Assembly: GCA_963753595.1 (NCBI GenBank)
Contig: CAVWCX010000024.1
Location: 32,001 to 96,000, forward strand
Reading direction: 5' to 3'
From: Candidatus Methanoperedenaceae archaeon
GTDB taxonomy: Archaea > Halobacteriota > Methanosarcinia > Methanosarcinales > Methanoperedenaceae
Length of the DNA: 64,000 nt
The position numbers were made by a program, and so were the translations under genes. This document shows, one piece after another, positions 20,577-31,111 of this stretch. Each line of letters opens with the position of its first letter. Position 1 is the first letter of the stretch. Under the pieces are notes generated by a model. It searched no databases, was not told where the DNA came from, and saw only the letters and a list, made by a program, of their open reading frames with translations.

Positions 20577-22982
20577 GTGATTATGTTAGAAGATACAAGG
20601 CTGGTAAGATCAATAGAAAACCTCCTGGTGCACGATCATCTCTGTTTGATCTATGAAAATCAAAAAGAGCAGTTCGATGCCGTTATCCCGTTTATAAAGA
20701 TCGGATTGGGCAGGGGTGAAAAATGCATTTATATCGCTGATGATAACACTGCCGGGCAGGTCCTTAACGCCATGCGCGCCGACGGGATCGATGTTGAATC
20801 GGCATTGAATAAAGGCGCACTTGTTATTGCCACCAAAAAGGAGACATATCTAAAACAGGGTTATTTCGATCCTGATGAAATGATCCGGTTCCTGAAAGTT
20901 GCCACGGATTCTGCAAAAAAAGATGGATTCCCTGCTTTAAGAGTTACAGGCGAGATGACATGGGTACTTGGTAAAGATCCGGGAAGCATGCGGTTAATGG
21001 AATATGAATCAAAACTCAACCTCTTTTTCCCTGTAAATGATTGCCTTGCTATATGCCAGTATAATAAAAACCGCTTCGATCCTGATATAATAAAAAGAGT
21101 AATTAATACTCATCCATTAATCATTGCGGGGGGATTTGTCTGCAGGAATTTCTATTACATCCCTCCTGAGGAATTCCTGAATAAGGAAAAGGGATCACTT
21201 GAAGTGGAGCGCCTCCTGTCCAATCTTATTGACCGCGAAAAAGCAGAAGAGAAAATCAAGGAGGCACAAAAGGTGCTTGATCGCCAATATGCAGAAAAAT
21301 CAGAAATCTTCAATGCCATAGGGAATTTGACATTGCTCCTTGATCCGAAACACAATATATTAGCAGCAAATCGTGCCGCAGTAACCGGATTAGGAAAAAC
21401 CGAAGAAGAACTCAGGGGTAAGAAATGCTATGAATTTTTACACGGAACCAGCCAGCCCCCAGAATCCTGCCCAATGGAAAAAATGCTGCGATCCAATAGT
21501 ATGGAGACATCTGAAATGGTGGTGGAAACCCTGAATGGGACATATCTTGTATCATGCACACCGCTATTTGATGAAAAAGGTAATCTGGAGAAGGTCATCC
21601 ACATAACCACAGACATCACAGAGCGCAAGCGGGCAGAAGAGGCATTAGAGGAAAGCCAGTCAAGATTCAAAAGCATCTACCAGCAGTCGCCTTTAGCAAT
21701 AGAACTGTATGATTCAAAGGGTTTACTGATCGATGCAAATCCCAAATGCCTGGAAATGTTTGGTGTGAGTGATATCCATAAAATCATTGGATTCAGGCTT
21801 TTTGATGATCCAAATATCTCAGATGAGCTTAAAATGAAAATTGGCCATGGGGAAGTAGTAACGTTTGAAAGCGAATTTGATTTTGATGCTGTAAAAAAAA
21901 TGGGGCTGTATGAGACCTCCAGATCCGGCCGGATTTATATTGATTGTACAGTATCCCCCTGGAAAATTGCAGACACTGCCCGGGGGTTTCTGGTGCATGT
22001 CGTGGATATCACACAGCGCAAGCTGATGGAAAAAGCGTTGCAGAAGAGTGAGAAAAAATACCGCACTATTGTTGAGACTACCAATGAAGGCATCTGGATG
22101 CTGGACGCATCATCGAAAACGAGCTATGTAAATTCGCGGATGGCTCAAATGCTCGGCTATGAGCCGGAGGAAATGCTCGGTAAGTATTTATTAGATTTTA
22201 TGGATGCTGATGCGCGCATTGATGCGCAAAAGTATCTGCAAAGACGTAAAGAGGGAATTAAAGAAGATCATGATTTCAGGTTTTCCAGGAAAGATGGAAC
22301 AGACCTGTGGACTATTATCTCCACAAGTCCGGTATTTGACGATAAAGGACACTATGTTGGAGCATTGGGGATGATGGTTACTGATATCTCGCAGAGAAAG
22401 CAGACAGAAGAGAAGTTGAAACAGAGTGAAGAGAAATTCAGGCAGCTTACTGAAAAGTCTATTGTCGGCATCTACATCATCCAGGATGGAAAAATGACCT
22501 ATGTCAATCCAAGCTGTGCAAAAGTATTCGGGTATTCATCTGAAGAAATCAATGGAAAGCTCAGTCCTGAAGATCTAATACACCCTGACGATATCAAGGT
22601 TGTTATGAGAAAAATGAAGGAAAGGCTGGAAGGTAAAATCGAAATAACTAATGATGTATATAAGGCCCTAAGAAAAGACGGTTCCCTGATCTATATTGAA
22701 GTCTATGGCATGGTGATCGATTATCAGGGCAGTCCTGCTGTGATGGGAACTTTGATAGATATCACCCAGCGCAAAAAGATAGACGAGGAACTAAAGAAAC
22801 ACCGCGAGCATCTCGAAGAACTGGTCAAAGAGCGCACCCTGGAGTTGAATCAGAAGAATGAAGAACTTGAAAAGTTTAACAAGCTCTTTGTGGGGCGGGA
22901 ACTTCGGATGATGGAACTTAAAAAGAGGATCGAAGAACTTGAAAAAAAGATAGGTTCACCTGAAAACACAAAGGTGACTTGA
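20577..22982 (+). CDS. MEDS plus 4 PAS sensor with GREL tail, no kinase domain
   Basis: HDHLCLIY...LRVTGEM...ICQY (MEDS); four PAS/PAC units ending DIT/DIS; conserved tail. Confidence 0.85.
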   Translation: MIMLEDTRLVRSIENLLVHDHLCLIYENQKEQFDAVIPFIKIGLGRGEKCIYIADDNTAGQVLNAMRADGIDVESALNKGALVIATKKETYLKQGYFDPDEMIRFLKVATDSAKKDGFPALRVTGEMTWVLGKDPGSMRLMEYESKLNLFFPVNDCLAICQYNKNRFDPDIIKRVINTHPLIIAGGFVCRNFYYIPPEEFLNKEKGSLEVERLLSNLIDREKAEEKIKEAQKVLDRQYAEKSEIFNAIGNLTLLLDPKHNILAANRAAVTGLGKTEEELRGKKCYEFLHGTSQPPESCPMEKMLRSNSMETSEMVVETLNGTYLVSCTPLFDEKGNLEKVIHITTDITERKRAEEALEESQSRFKSIYQQSPLAIELYDSKGLLIDANPKCLEMFGVSDIHKIIGFRLFDDPNISDELKMKIGHGEVVTFESEFDFDAVKKMGLYETSRSGRIYIDCTVSPWKIADTARGFLVHVVDITQRKLMEKALQKSEKKYRTIVETTNEGIWMLDASSKTSYVNSRMAQMLGYEPEEMLGKYLLDFMDADARIDAQKYLQRRKEGIKEDHDFRFSRKDGTDLWTIISTSPVFDDKGHYVGALGMMVTDISQRKQTEEKLKQSEEKFRQLTEKSIVGIYIIQDGKMTYVNPSCAKVFGYSSEEINGKLSPEDLIHPDDIKVVMRKMKERLEGKIEITNDVYKALRKDGSLIYIEVYGMVIDYQGSPAVMGTLIDITQRKKIDEELKKHREHLEELVKERTLELNQKNEELEKFNKLFVGRELRMMELKKRIEELEKKIGSPENTKVT

Positions 22983-23012
22983 AATAATGAAATATGGGGT
23001 TAGTGAATAGGA

Positions 23013-23489
23013 ATGAGAAATGAAATAAAACAAAACCAGCTTGTTGTTTTTTCGATAGATGAGCATCGATATGCTCTCCCCCTCTTTACCGTAGAAAGGA
23101 TCGTCCGCGCGGTTGAGGTAACTCCCCTGCCAAAAGCGCCGGAAATGGTCACTGGAATTGTCAATGTGCAGGGACAGATAATTCCGGTCTTGAGTCTTCG
23201 CCAGCGCTTTGGCTTACCCGTCCGGGAAATTGGACTGAATGACCAGTTAATTGTTACACGCACAAAAAAACGCTATATCGCATTTATAATAGACGCTGCC
23301 ATCGATGTGGTCGAATTCCCGGAAAATGAGGTTATCCAGGCTGAGGAAATTCTCCCGGACATGGAATATGTCCTTGGATTAATAAAACAGGATGACGGCT
23401 TGATCCATATCCTGGACATCGATTCAATTCTTTCCTCAGGAGAGGGCGGATCGCTGGATATCGCAATGGATACAGGAGGTAAAACCTGA
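23013..23489 (+). CDS. cheW: CheW
   Basis: TPLPKAP...GIVNVQGQIIPV. Confidence 0.88.
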   Translation: MRNEIKQNQLVVFSIDEHRYALPLFTVERIVRAVEVTPLPKAPEMVTGIVNVQGQIIPVLSLRQRFGLPVREIGLNDQLIVTRTKKRYIAFIIDAAIDVVEFPENEVIQAEEILPDMEYVLGLIKQDDGLIHILDIDSILSSGEGGSLDIAMDTGGKT

Positions 23490-24985
23490 TGTCCGGGATT
23501 TCAGAAAGCCTTCTCGCACAACTTGCTGGTTTTGTCGGCGCTCGCACAGGTTTACATTTTGAAAAGGAACGCATGAATGATCTCGAAAATAGAATTAAAT
23601 CTGCCGCAGCCGATTATGGCTTCAAGGACGTTGAAGAATGCATCAAATGGCTCGTTACTTCACCTTTGACAAAGCAGGAAATTGAGATACTTGCAAGCCA
23701 TCTTACAGTTGGAGAAACATATTTCTTCCGGGAAATAAGATCTTTTGAAATTCTTGAAAGAGATATATTTCCCACGCTGATCCGCTCCCGTATTGGAAAT
23801 GAAAAGCAAATGAGGATATGGAGCGCAGGTTGTGCCACAGGCGAAGAACCGTATTCTATTGCAATGTTGCTCAAAAAAATGATCCCGGATCAAAAGGATT
23901 GGAGCATTACCATTTTAGCTACAGATATTAATCCTCATTTCCTGCAAAAAGCCCGGGATGGCTTTTACAGGGAATGGTCGTTCCGTGATAGTCCTGGATG
24001 GATCAGGAAGTATTTTGAAAAAACAAAAGAGGGATACGGGATCCTTCCGGAAATAAAGGATATGGTGACATTTTCTTATCATAACCTCGCAGAAGACTCA
24101 TATCCGACACTGCTGAACAATACGAATGCTATGGACATTATCCTTTGCCGGAATGTATTGATGTATTTCTCGCATGAGCGTACAAAGCAGGTTGTCCGGG
24201 CTTTTTACCAATGCCTTGTGGACAATGGCTGGCTTGTAGTAAGCCCTGTCGAAGCTTCCGATGTCCTGTTTTCACAATATGCAACCGTAAATTTCAAAGA
24301 TGCGATCTTCTACAGGAAAGATATCAGTAAGTCCCGGGAGAAAGAAGAATTTATTCCAGATGAGATTCGCTATCCTGTGCATGAGGAAACCTGGATTGCC
24401 CCGGTTGCGCTTGTTCCTGAACAGCCCCTTGCAGCCCCTGGAAAAAAAACAGGGCCTGTCACAAAGGAGCGAAAAATAACAGGACAGGAAACAGCCTATA
24501 ATAAGGCCATATTGCTTTACGGGCAGGGAAAATATAAGCAGGTAATTGAACTGCTTGAGGGCCTGCCAGCACCCGATACAAAAACCATGGTTCTTTTAGC
24601 AAAAGCCTTTGCAAACTCCGGGAAATCAGCCAGGGCGCTTGAGTGGTGTGAAAAAGCTCTCGTAATTGACAAACTTAATTCAAGCTCCAATTATCTCCAT
24701 GCCATGATATTGCAGGAGCGCGGGCAGGTTGAAGAAGTGGTTAAATCGCTAAAACGCGCGCTTTATCTTGACCAGGATTTCATCCTTGTACATTTTGCCC
24801 TGGGGAATCTTGGCAGGCAGCTTGGAAAAACCAGGGAATCGAACAGGCATTTTGAGAATGCGCTTCTTCTTTTAAAGAGGTGGAAGTACGATGAAGTCCT
24901 GCCCGAATCAGAAGGTATCACTGCCGGCCGTCTCTCTGAGATCATAACGACAATTAAAGGAAAGGAGATTTTACATGAACGGTAG
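23489..24985 (+). CDS. cheR: CheR methyltransferase with C-terminal TPR (WspC-like)
   Basis: VGETYFFRE, WSAGCATGEEPYS, CRNVLMYF; TPR with RALYLD. Confidence 0.92.
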   Translation: MSGISESLLAQLAGFVGARTGLHFEKERMNDLENRIKSAAADYGFKDVEECIKWLVTSPLTKQEIEILASHLTVGETYFFREIRSFEILERDIFPTLIRSRIGNEKQMRIWSAGCATGEEPYSIAMLLKKMIPDQKDWSITILATDINPHFLQKARDGFYREWSFRDSPGWIRKYFEKTKEGYGILPEIKDMVTFSYHNLAEDSYPTLLNNTNAMDIILCRNVLMYFSHERTKQVVRAFYQCLVDNGWLVVSPVEASDVLFSQYATVNFKDAIFYRKDISKSREKEEFIPDEIRYPVHEETWIAPVALVPEQPLAAPGKKTGPVTKERKITGQETAYNKAILLYGQGKYKQVIELLEGLPAPDTKTMVLLAKAFANSGKSARALEWCEKALVIDKLNSSSNYLHAMILQERGQVEEVVKSLKRALYLDQDFILVHFALGNLGRQLGKTRESNRHFENALLLLKRWKYDEVLPESEGITAGRLSEIITTIKGKEILHER

Positions 24986-25505
24986 CATATCTCCCGAAGA
25001 TAAGAAAAAAATCCTCAGGGCAAGAGCAAGATCCCTCGCGCAACAACCCGAAAAGATGCAGGAGGATGAACATATCGAAATTGTGGAATTCCTGCTTGCA
25101 AATGAAAAATACGGCATACAGTCAATCCATGTTCGTGAGATTTATCCACTGAAGGAACTCACGCCAGTACCTTGCACGCCCCGGTTTGTTGCCGGAATTA
25201 TTAATGTCCGCGGAAAAATCCTTTCAGTCATTGATATCAAGAAATTTTTCGGGCTTCCGGAAAAGGGGAATGGAGAGCCCAACAAAGTGATCATAATTCA
25301 TGGTGAGATGATGGAATTTAGCATTCTTGCAGATGCCATTCTTGGTACAAGCCAGATACCGGTCCGGGAAATCCAGCCATCTCTTCCAACATTTGCCGGC
25401 ATACGCGCACAGTACCTGCTGGGAGTGACAAAAGAGCAGCTTGTGGTTCTTGATGCGCAGAAGATACTATTTGACAAAAAGATCGTCGTTCATGAGGAGA
25501 TTTAA
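24975..25505 (+). CDS. cheW: CheW (WspD-like)
   Basis: ILRARARSLA N-terminus; TPVPCTP...GIINVRG. Confidence 0.88.
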   Translation: MNGSISPEDKKKILRARARSLAQQPEKMQEDEHIEIVEFLLANEKYGIQSIHVREIYPLKELTPVPCTPRFVAGIINVRGKILSVIDIKKFFGLPEKGNGEPNKVIIIHGEMMEFSILADAILGTSQIPVREIQPSLPTFAGIRAQYLLGVTKEQLVVLDAQKILFDKKIVVHEEI

Positions 25506-25556
25506 ATATCTTATATATAAATATAAATTTGATAAATATGAGTCGGGGTTAAAACT

Positions 25557-27023
25557 ATGAATATAAGTAAGAAAATAATCGGTGGATACATCGTTGTATT
25601 GGTACTGATGATAATAGCTGTTTCAACAGGATATTATTCAATCAATGTAGTTGATAAAAATTACAACAAATTACTTGATGTCGATGAAAAGCAAATTCAA
25701 AATAGTGGCAGACTCAAGTTATTTGTGGAAGAACAAAAAGCCGATTATCGGGGCTTATTAGTTTACAGGGATGATCCAAAAACATATCTGGATTCATTGT
25801 ATGAAAGCCGTGAACTGTTCGATGATGCTCTCACCGAGGCGCAAAAATCCGAATTATCAGAAAATGATCTGGAAAGTCTTGAGATACTGAAGAACATTGC
25901 TAATCTCCAGGATAAGTTTAAACAGGAACAGGAAACAATAATCTCGCTGATCAATGCAGGGAAACGTGAAGAAGCTATTAATATCAGTAATGAGATCCGG
26001 CCTGTAAGGGCTGAATTAATAGCTGAAATTGACAAATATGTTTCCTCAAATGAGAGAAAAGAGGCAGAATCCCTTGCAAGAATCATTTCCACAAATTCAC
26101 GGCTTTCGCTCCTGATGATCGTCAGTTCGATCATAGCACTTATTGCAGGATTGGCCATTGGATTCTATATTACGCGTTCTATTAACAATCAATTGCGTGA
26201 AGCTATTACGCAAATATTCACCGCATCATCAGAAATACTGGCAACTACGACACAGCTGGCATGCAACGCTTCTGAAACTGCCACATCTGTAAATGAAACG
26301 ACAGTGACTACAGAGGAAGTAAAACAAACAACTTTACTTTCCGGTGAAAAATCCAGGTATGTATCAGAGATCGCCCAGAAAGCAGCGCAGGTTGCGCAAA
26401 AGGGAAATAATGCGATAGCACAGAATGTGGAAGCAATAGGTAAGATCAAAGGACAGACTGAGCTGGTTGCGCAAAGCATTGTAAAACTAAGTGAGCAAAG
26501 CCAGTCAATAGGGGATATTAATACAACAGTTAACGATCTGGCTGAACAGTCAAATCTCCTGGCTGTCAATGCAGCAATTGAGGCGGCAAAAGCCGGTGAA
26601 CAGGGAAAGGGGTTTGCAGTTGTAGCTGGGGAGATCAAGATACTGGCCGGGCAATCAAAGCATGCGACTGCGCAGGTGCGGTCTATACTTGCCGATATTC
26701 AGAAAGCTACGAATGCGGCTGTGATGGCTATTGAGCAGGCAAGCAAAGCAGTGGAAGCCGGGGTGAACCAGGCAACAACAGCAGGTGAATCTATACAGGA
26801 TTTAACCGAGACGATCATGGAGGCATCGCAGGCTGCCACCCAGGCTGCGGCGTCAAGCCAGCAGCAGCTTGTTGGAATAGACCAGATTTCTAAAGCCATG
26901 GAAAACATAAAACAGGCAACCCAGCAAAATGCAGTTGGCACCAGGCAGGCAGAAAAAGCAGCCCAGAACCTCAACGAACTTGGAAGGACACTGAAAAATG
27001 TAGTGGAGGATAGTAAAGCTTGA
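25557..27023 (+). CDS. Methyl-accepting chemotaxis protein
   Basis: 2 TM, helical sensor domain, AEQSNLLAVNAAIEAAKAGEQGKGFAVVA hairpin. Confidence 0.95.
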   Translation: MNISKKIIGGYIVVLVLMIIAVSTGYYSINVVDKNYNKLLDVDEKQIQNSGRLKLFVEEQKADYRGLLVYRDDPKTYLDSLYESRELFDDALTEAQKSELSENDLESLEILKNIANLQDKFKQEQETIISLINAGKREEAINISNEIRPVRAELIAEIDKYVSSNERKEAESLARIISTNSRLSLLMIVSSIIALIAGLAIGFYITRSINNQLREAITQIFTASSEILATTTQLACNASETATSVNETTVTTEEVKQTTLLSGEKSRYVSEIAQKAAQVAQKGNNAIAQNVEAIGKIKGQTELVAQSIVKLSEQSQSIGDINTTVNDLAEQSNLLAVNAAIEAAKAGEQGKGFAVVAGEIKILAGQSKHATAQVRSILADIQKATNAAVMAIEQASKAVEAGVNQATTAGESIQDLTETIMEASQAATQAAASSQQQLVGIDQISKAMENIKQATQQNAVGTRQAEKAAQNLNELGRTLKNVVEDSKA

Positions 27024-27035
27024 AGGGATCAAAGC

Positions 27036-29198
27036 ATGGATAAAAAGGAAGAAGAGTTTCTCAAGAAACTTCTCTCAACATTTAAAATCGAGGCAAAAGA
27101 GCACCTGGATGCAATAACTTCAGTCCTGATCGAGCTTGAAAAAGCTACTTCCGGAAAGGAGATGGAACTTATTGAAACGGTCTTCAGGGAAGCACACAGC
27201 CTCAAAGGTGCAGCCCGTTCCGTAAATTTAAAAGATATTGAGTCACTTTGCCAGTCAATGGAAAATATATTTGCATCGTTGAAACGCAAAGAGATTGCCC
27301 CCTCCCCACAAATATTCGACGTGCTTCATATTGCTGCTGATTATATCAGCAGACTGATAGCCAGGGAAGAAGAAATAAATATTCCAGAAAAAACTAAGAT
27401 CAAGGAAATTATCCATGACCTCGAAAGCATATTAAAAGGCGTTCCAATTCAACAACGCGAAAAGTCACTGGTTGAAGAGGAACCTGAAAAAACAGACGAA
27501 TCCCAATCCTCGCCATCGGTAGAAACTGTCAGGATCTCTACGGCAAAATTAGACTCGCTCTTATTCCAGGCAGAAGAGATGCTTTCTGTAAAACTTTCAG
27601 CAGGCCAGCAAGCAGTTATGTTGCGAGAGAGTGCAGCCTCTTTTGCAGTATGGAAAAAAGAATTTGAACATATAAAGCCCGATTTTGCGATGCATGATTT
27701 CATAAGATCACTTGAAACCAGGTTAACACTGCTTGCCAGGACCGCTGAATATGACAACAGGCACTTTGGGGGAATGGTGGACAATCTGCTTGGTGATATG
27801 AAAAGTGTGCTGATGCTGCCATTCTCATCACTTTCAGGGGGTTTCCCAAAGCTTGTCCGTGACCTTTCGCATGACAGGGGTAAAGAAGTGGAACTGATAA
27901 TTGAAGGAGAAGATATCGAAATCGACAGGCGGATCCTGGAAGAAATGAAAGACCCGCTCATTCACTTATTAAGAAATTGCATCGACCATGGCATTGAAAA
28001 GCCTGATGAACGCAGGCTTATGAAGAAAATGCCATGTGGAACCATCAGGCTTGCCTTAAATTCAAGAGATGGCAGCAAGATCGAGATCAAGATATCAGAT
28101 GATGGGGCTGGGATCGACGCTTCACTGATAAAGTCTGCTGCCATAAAGCGCGGTATCATAACCCATGAAAAAGCCGGAAAACTCAATGATGAGGAGGCTC
28201 TCTCACTTATTTTCAAGTCAGGGATTTCCACAAGCCCGATCATTACTGAAGTTTCAGGAAGGGGGCTTGGCCTTGCAATAGTTTACGAGAAAGTGGAAAA
28301 ACTGAACGGGATCGTTTCTTTCCAGACACGGGTAGGTATCGGGACAACATTCAGGATCATTGTTCCTCTTACCCTTGCTACATTCAGGGGATTATTAGTC
28401 CAGGTGAACGAACAGCTTTTTGTTCTTCCGGTGACAAATGTTGAAAGAGCGTTAAGGGTCAGGAATGACCAGATAAAAACCATGGAGAACCGCGAAACCA
28501 TTACTCTTAACGGTGAGGTCATTTCACTTGCCAGGCTTGGGAATGTCCTGGAACTTCCCGGAAAAAATAAGAGCGATCCTGATAAGAACACACAGATAGC
28601 GATCCTTGGGTCTTCCGGGAAACACATTGCGTTCACTGTGGATGAAATCCTTAACGAACAGGAAGTGCTGGTGAAAAGCCTGGGCCGGCAGCTGTCTCGT
28701 GTACGAAATATTTCCGGTGCAACTGTGCTTGGAAGCGGCAAGGTTGCGCCAATCCTGAATGTTCATGATCTACTAAAGTCAGCAGTGAAGGGATCTGATG
28801 CCGCCACACCTGTTGTGACAGAAGCAAAGACTAAAAGAAATTCTGTGCTGGTAGCGGAAGATTCGATAACATCAAGGACTTTACTTAAGAATATTCTGGA
28901 AACTGCCGGTTATGATGTCAAAACAGCGGTTGATGGTGTGGATGCTTTTACTCTATTAAAAAACCAGGAGTTTGATTTAGTGGTATCTGATGTGGATATG
29001 CCAGGGATGAACGGGTTTGAGCTCACGGCGAAGATCCGCGCCGATAAAAAGATATCAGAGCTGCCGGTTGTACTTGTTACCGCGCTTGAATCCCGTGAAC
29101 ATAAAGAGCGAGGGATAGCGGTAGGGGCAAATGCATACATCGTGAAAAGCAGTTTTGACCAGAGCAATTTGCTTGAAGTTATCCAGAGGTTGATATGA
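27036..29198 (+). CDS. cheA: CheA-receiver hybrid (WspE-like)
   Basis: REAHSLKG (Hpt), HLLRNCIDHG, DDGAG, SGRGLGL, CheW domain, C-terminal REC. Confidence 0.95.
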   Translation: MDKKEEEFLKKLLSTFKIEAKEHLDAITSVLIELEKATSGKEMELIETVFREAHSLKGAARSVNLKDIESLCQSMENIFASLKRKEIAPSPQIFDVLHIAADYISRLIAREEEINIPEKTKIKEIIHDLESILKGVPIQQREKSLVEEEPEKTDESQSSPSVETVRISTAKLDSLLFQAEEMLSVKLSAGQQAVMLRESAASFAVWKKEFEHIKPDFAMHDFIRSLETRLTLLARTAEYDNRHFGGMVDNLLGDMKSVLMLPFSSLSGGFPKLVRDLSHDRGKEVELIIEGEDIEIDRRILEEMKDPLIHLLRNCIDHGIEKPDERRLMKKMPCGTIRLALNSRDGSKIEIKISDDGAGIDASLIKSAAIKRGIITHEKAGKLNDEEALSLIFKSGISTSPIITEVSGRGLGLAIVYEKVEKLNGIVSFQTRVGIGTTFRIIVPLTLATFRGLLVQVNEQLFVLPVTNVERALRVRNDQIKTMENRETITLNGEVISLARLGNVLELPGKNKSDPDKNTQIAILGSSGKHIAFTVDEILNEQEVLVKSLGRQLSRVRNISGATVLGSGKVAPILNVHDLLKSAVKGSDAATPVVTEAKTKRNSVLVAEDSITSRTLLKNILETAGYDVKTAVDGVDAFTLLKNQEFDLVVSDVDMPGMNGFELTAKIRADKKISELPVVLVTALESREHKERGIAVGANAYIVKSSFDQSNLLEVIQRLI

Positions 29199-30259
29199 AC
29201 GAAAAGATAAATGTCCTTGTTGTTGAAGATTCCCCGGTCGCGAGGGAATTATTAGTCCATATTCTAAGTTCTGATCCTGGAATACAGGTTATTGGTACTG
29301 CAAATAATGGGGAGGAGGCTATCAAAGCAACAAAACGCCTTTCTCCGGATGTTATCACCATGGATATTTACATGCCAAAAATGGATGGGTATGAGGCGAC
29401 CAGGAGGATAATGGAAATCCAGCCTACTCCCATAGTCATTGTGACAGCCAGCCCAAGCATAAAAGAAGTATCTATGGCAATGCGCATAATTGAAGCAGGC
29501 GCGGTTGCGGCTGAACAAAAACCAGGAGGCTCTGGTCATACAGACTATGATGCTGATGCCTCAAGATTGATCCGGACAGTTAAACTGATGTCCAGGGTAA
29601 AAGTGATAAAACGCTGGGCCAGAAGGGAAATGTTTAAACATGAAGAAGAAAGACCCGGACCATTGCCAGAACCCAGGCTCGTAGCTATAGGAGCTTCTAC
29701 GGGTGGCCCTCCTGTTCTCCGGACGATTTTATCCAGTCTCCCAAAAAATTTTCCCGTTCCGGTGTTGATAGTCCAGCACATAGCACCTAATTTTATTGAA
29801 GGTTTTGTGGAATGGCTGGGCCAGACGTCCTCCATACCTGTTCATGTAGCTACCCAGTATGCGCAAATTATTCCAGGGCATGCTTATCTTGCGCCTGATG
29901 GATTCCAGATGAAACTTGATAACTACAATAGAATATCCCTTACCGGGGATGAAACAATGAATGGTCTTCGACCTTCGGTTTCATACCTGTTTAATTCTGT
30001 TGCGAAGGTTTATGGGAGGAATGCCATAGGTATATTGCTCACAGGAATGGGAAAAGATGGGGCAAATGAGTTAAAATTATTGAAAGAAATGGGCGCGATA
30101 ACGATAGTCCAGGATATGGAAAGCTGTGTTGTTAATGGTATGCCAGGTGAAGCAATAAACCTTGATGCAGCCATATTTGTTCTTCCGCCGGAAAAAATTG
30201 CCTCTGTAGTAACAGGCCTGGTAAATAAGACGCTGGATAACCGGGGAGTTAATGTATGA
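29195..30259 (+). CDS. cheB: CheB methylesterase
   Basis: REC plus GASTGG, VQH, RPSV, TGMGKDGA. Confidence 0.95.
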   Translation: MNEKINVLVVEDSPVARELLVHILSSDPGIQVIGTANNGEEAIKATKRLSPDVITMDIYMPKMDGYEATRRIMEIQPTPIVIVTASPSIKEVSMAMRIIEAGAVAAEQKPGGSGHTDYDADASRLIRTVKLMSRVKVIKRWARREMFKHEEERPGPLPEPRLVAIGASTGGPPVLRTILSSLPKNFPVPVLIVQHIAPNFIEGFVEWLGQTSSIPVHVATQYAQIIPGHAYLAPDGFQMKLDNYNRISLTGDETMNGLRPSVSYLFNSVAKVYGRNAIGILLTGMGKDGANELKLLKEMGAITIVQDMESCVVNGMPGEAINLDAAIFVLPPEKIASVVTGLVNKTLDNRGVNV

Positions 30260-31107
30260 ATTCAAATAACGGCGAAGAAATACTGATCGCGGAAGATAGC
30301 CCCACACAGGCGCAGATGTTAAAATTCCTGCTTGAGAAACATGATTACCGCGTTCTGGCCGCAAACAATGGAAAGGAAGCCCTGGCAATGATAAAGACAC
30401 GTAAGCCCGCTCTTGTCATAAGCGATATCGTAATGCCTGAAATGAATGGTTATGAACTTTGCCGGCATATAAAAAAGACTGATAACCTGAAAGATATTCC
30501 TGTTATCCTCCTGACAGCGCTTAGCGATCCTGATGATGTTCTCAAAGGCCTGGAATGCGGGGCAAATAACTTCGTAACAAAGCCGTATGAAGAAAAACAC
30601 CTTGTATCGAGAGTGCAATCCATTCTTTCGAACAGGATGCAACAAAAGAATGAAACCATACAACCTGGTATCAAAATATTATTTGGCGGTAAGGAGTATA
30701 ATATTACTGCACAACCCAGGCAGATCCTTACTCTTCTTCTTTCCACATATGAAGCAGCAGTCCAGAAAAACCTGGAACTTGCGAAGGCACAGGATGAATT
30801 AAGGAATTTAACCCTGGATCTTGAGAAAAAGGTGGAAGAGCGTACGATCCAGCTCAAATCAGCCAATGACCAGCTTTCGCAGGATATCATCGAGCGAAAG
30901 CGAATTGAGGAAGAGCTGCAAAAACACCGCGATCATCTGGAGGAACTGGTCAAAGAACGCACCGGGGAGCTGAATCAGAAAAATGAAGAACTTGAAAAGT
31001 TTAACAGGCTCTTCGTGGGACGGGAACTCAGGATGATCGAACTTAAAAAGAGGATCGAAGAACTTGAAAAAAACACCGCATCACCTGAAAACACAAAGGC
31101 AGGTTGA
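30256..31107 (+). CDS. Response regulator: REC plus coiled coil plus GREL tail
   Basis: AEDS, SDIVMP, TKP; no output enzyme domain. Confidence 0.88.
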   Translation: MNSNNGEEILIAEDSPTQAQMLKFLLEKHDYRVLAANNGKEALAMIKTRKPALVISDIVMPEMNGYELCRHIKKTDNLKDIPVILLTALSDPDDVLKGLECGANNFVTKPYEEKHLVSRVQSILSNRMQQKNETIQPGIKILFGGKEYNITAQPRQILTLLLSTYEAAVQKNLELAKAQDELRNLTLDLEKKVEERTIQLKSANDQLSQDIIERKRIEEELQKHRDHLEELVKERTGELNQKNEELEKFNRLFVGRELRMIELKKRIEELEKNTASPENTKAG

Positions 31108-31111
31108 AATT

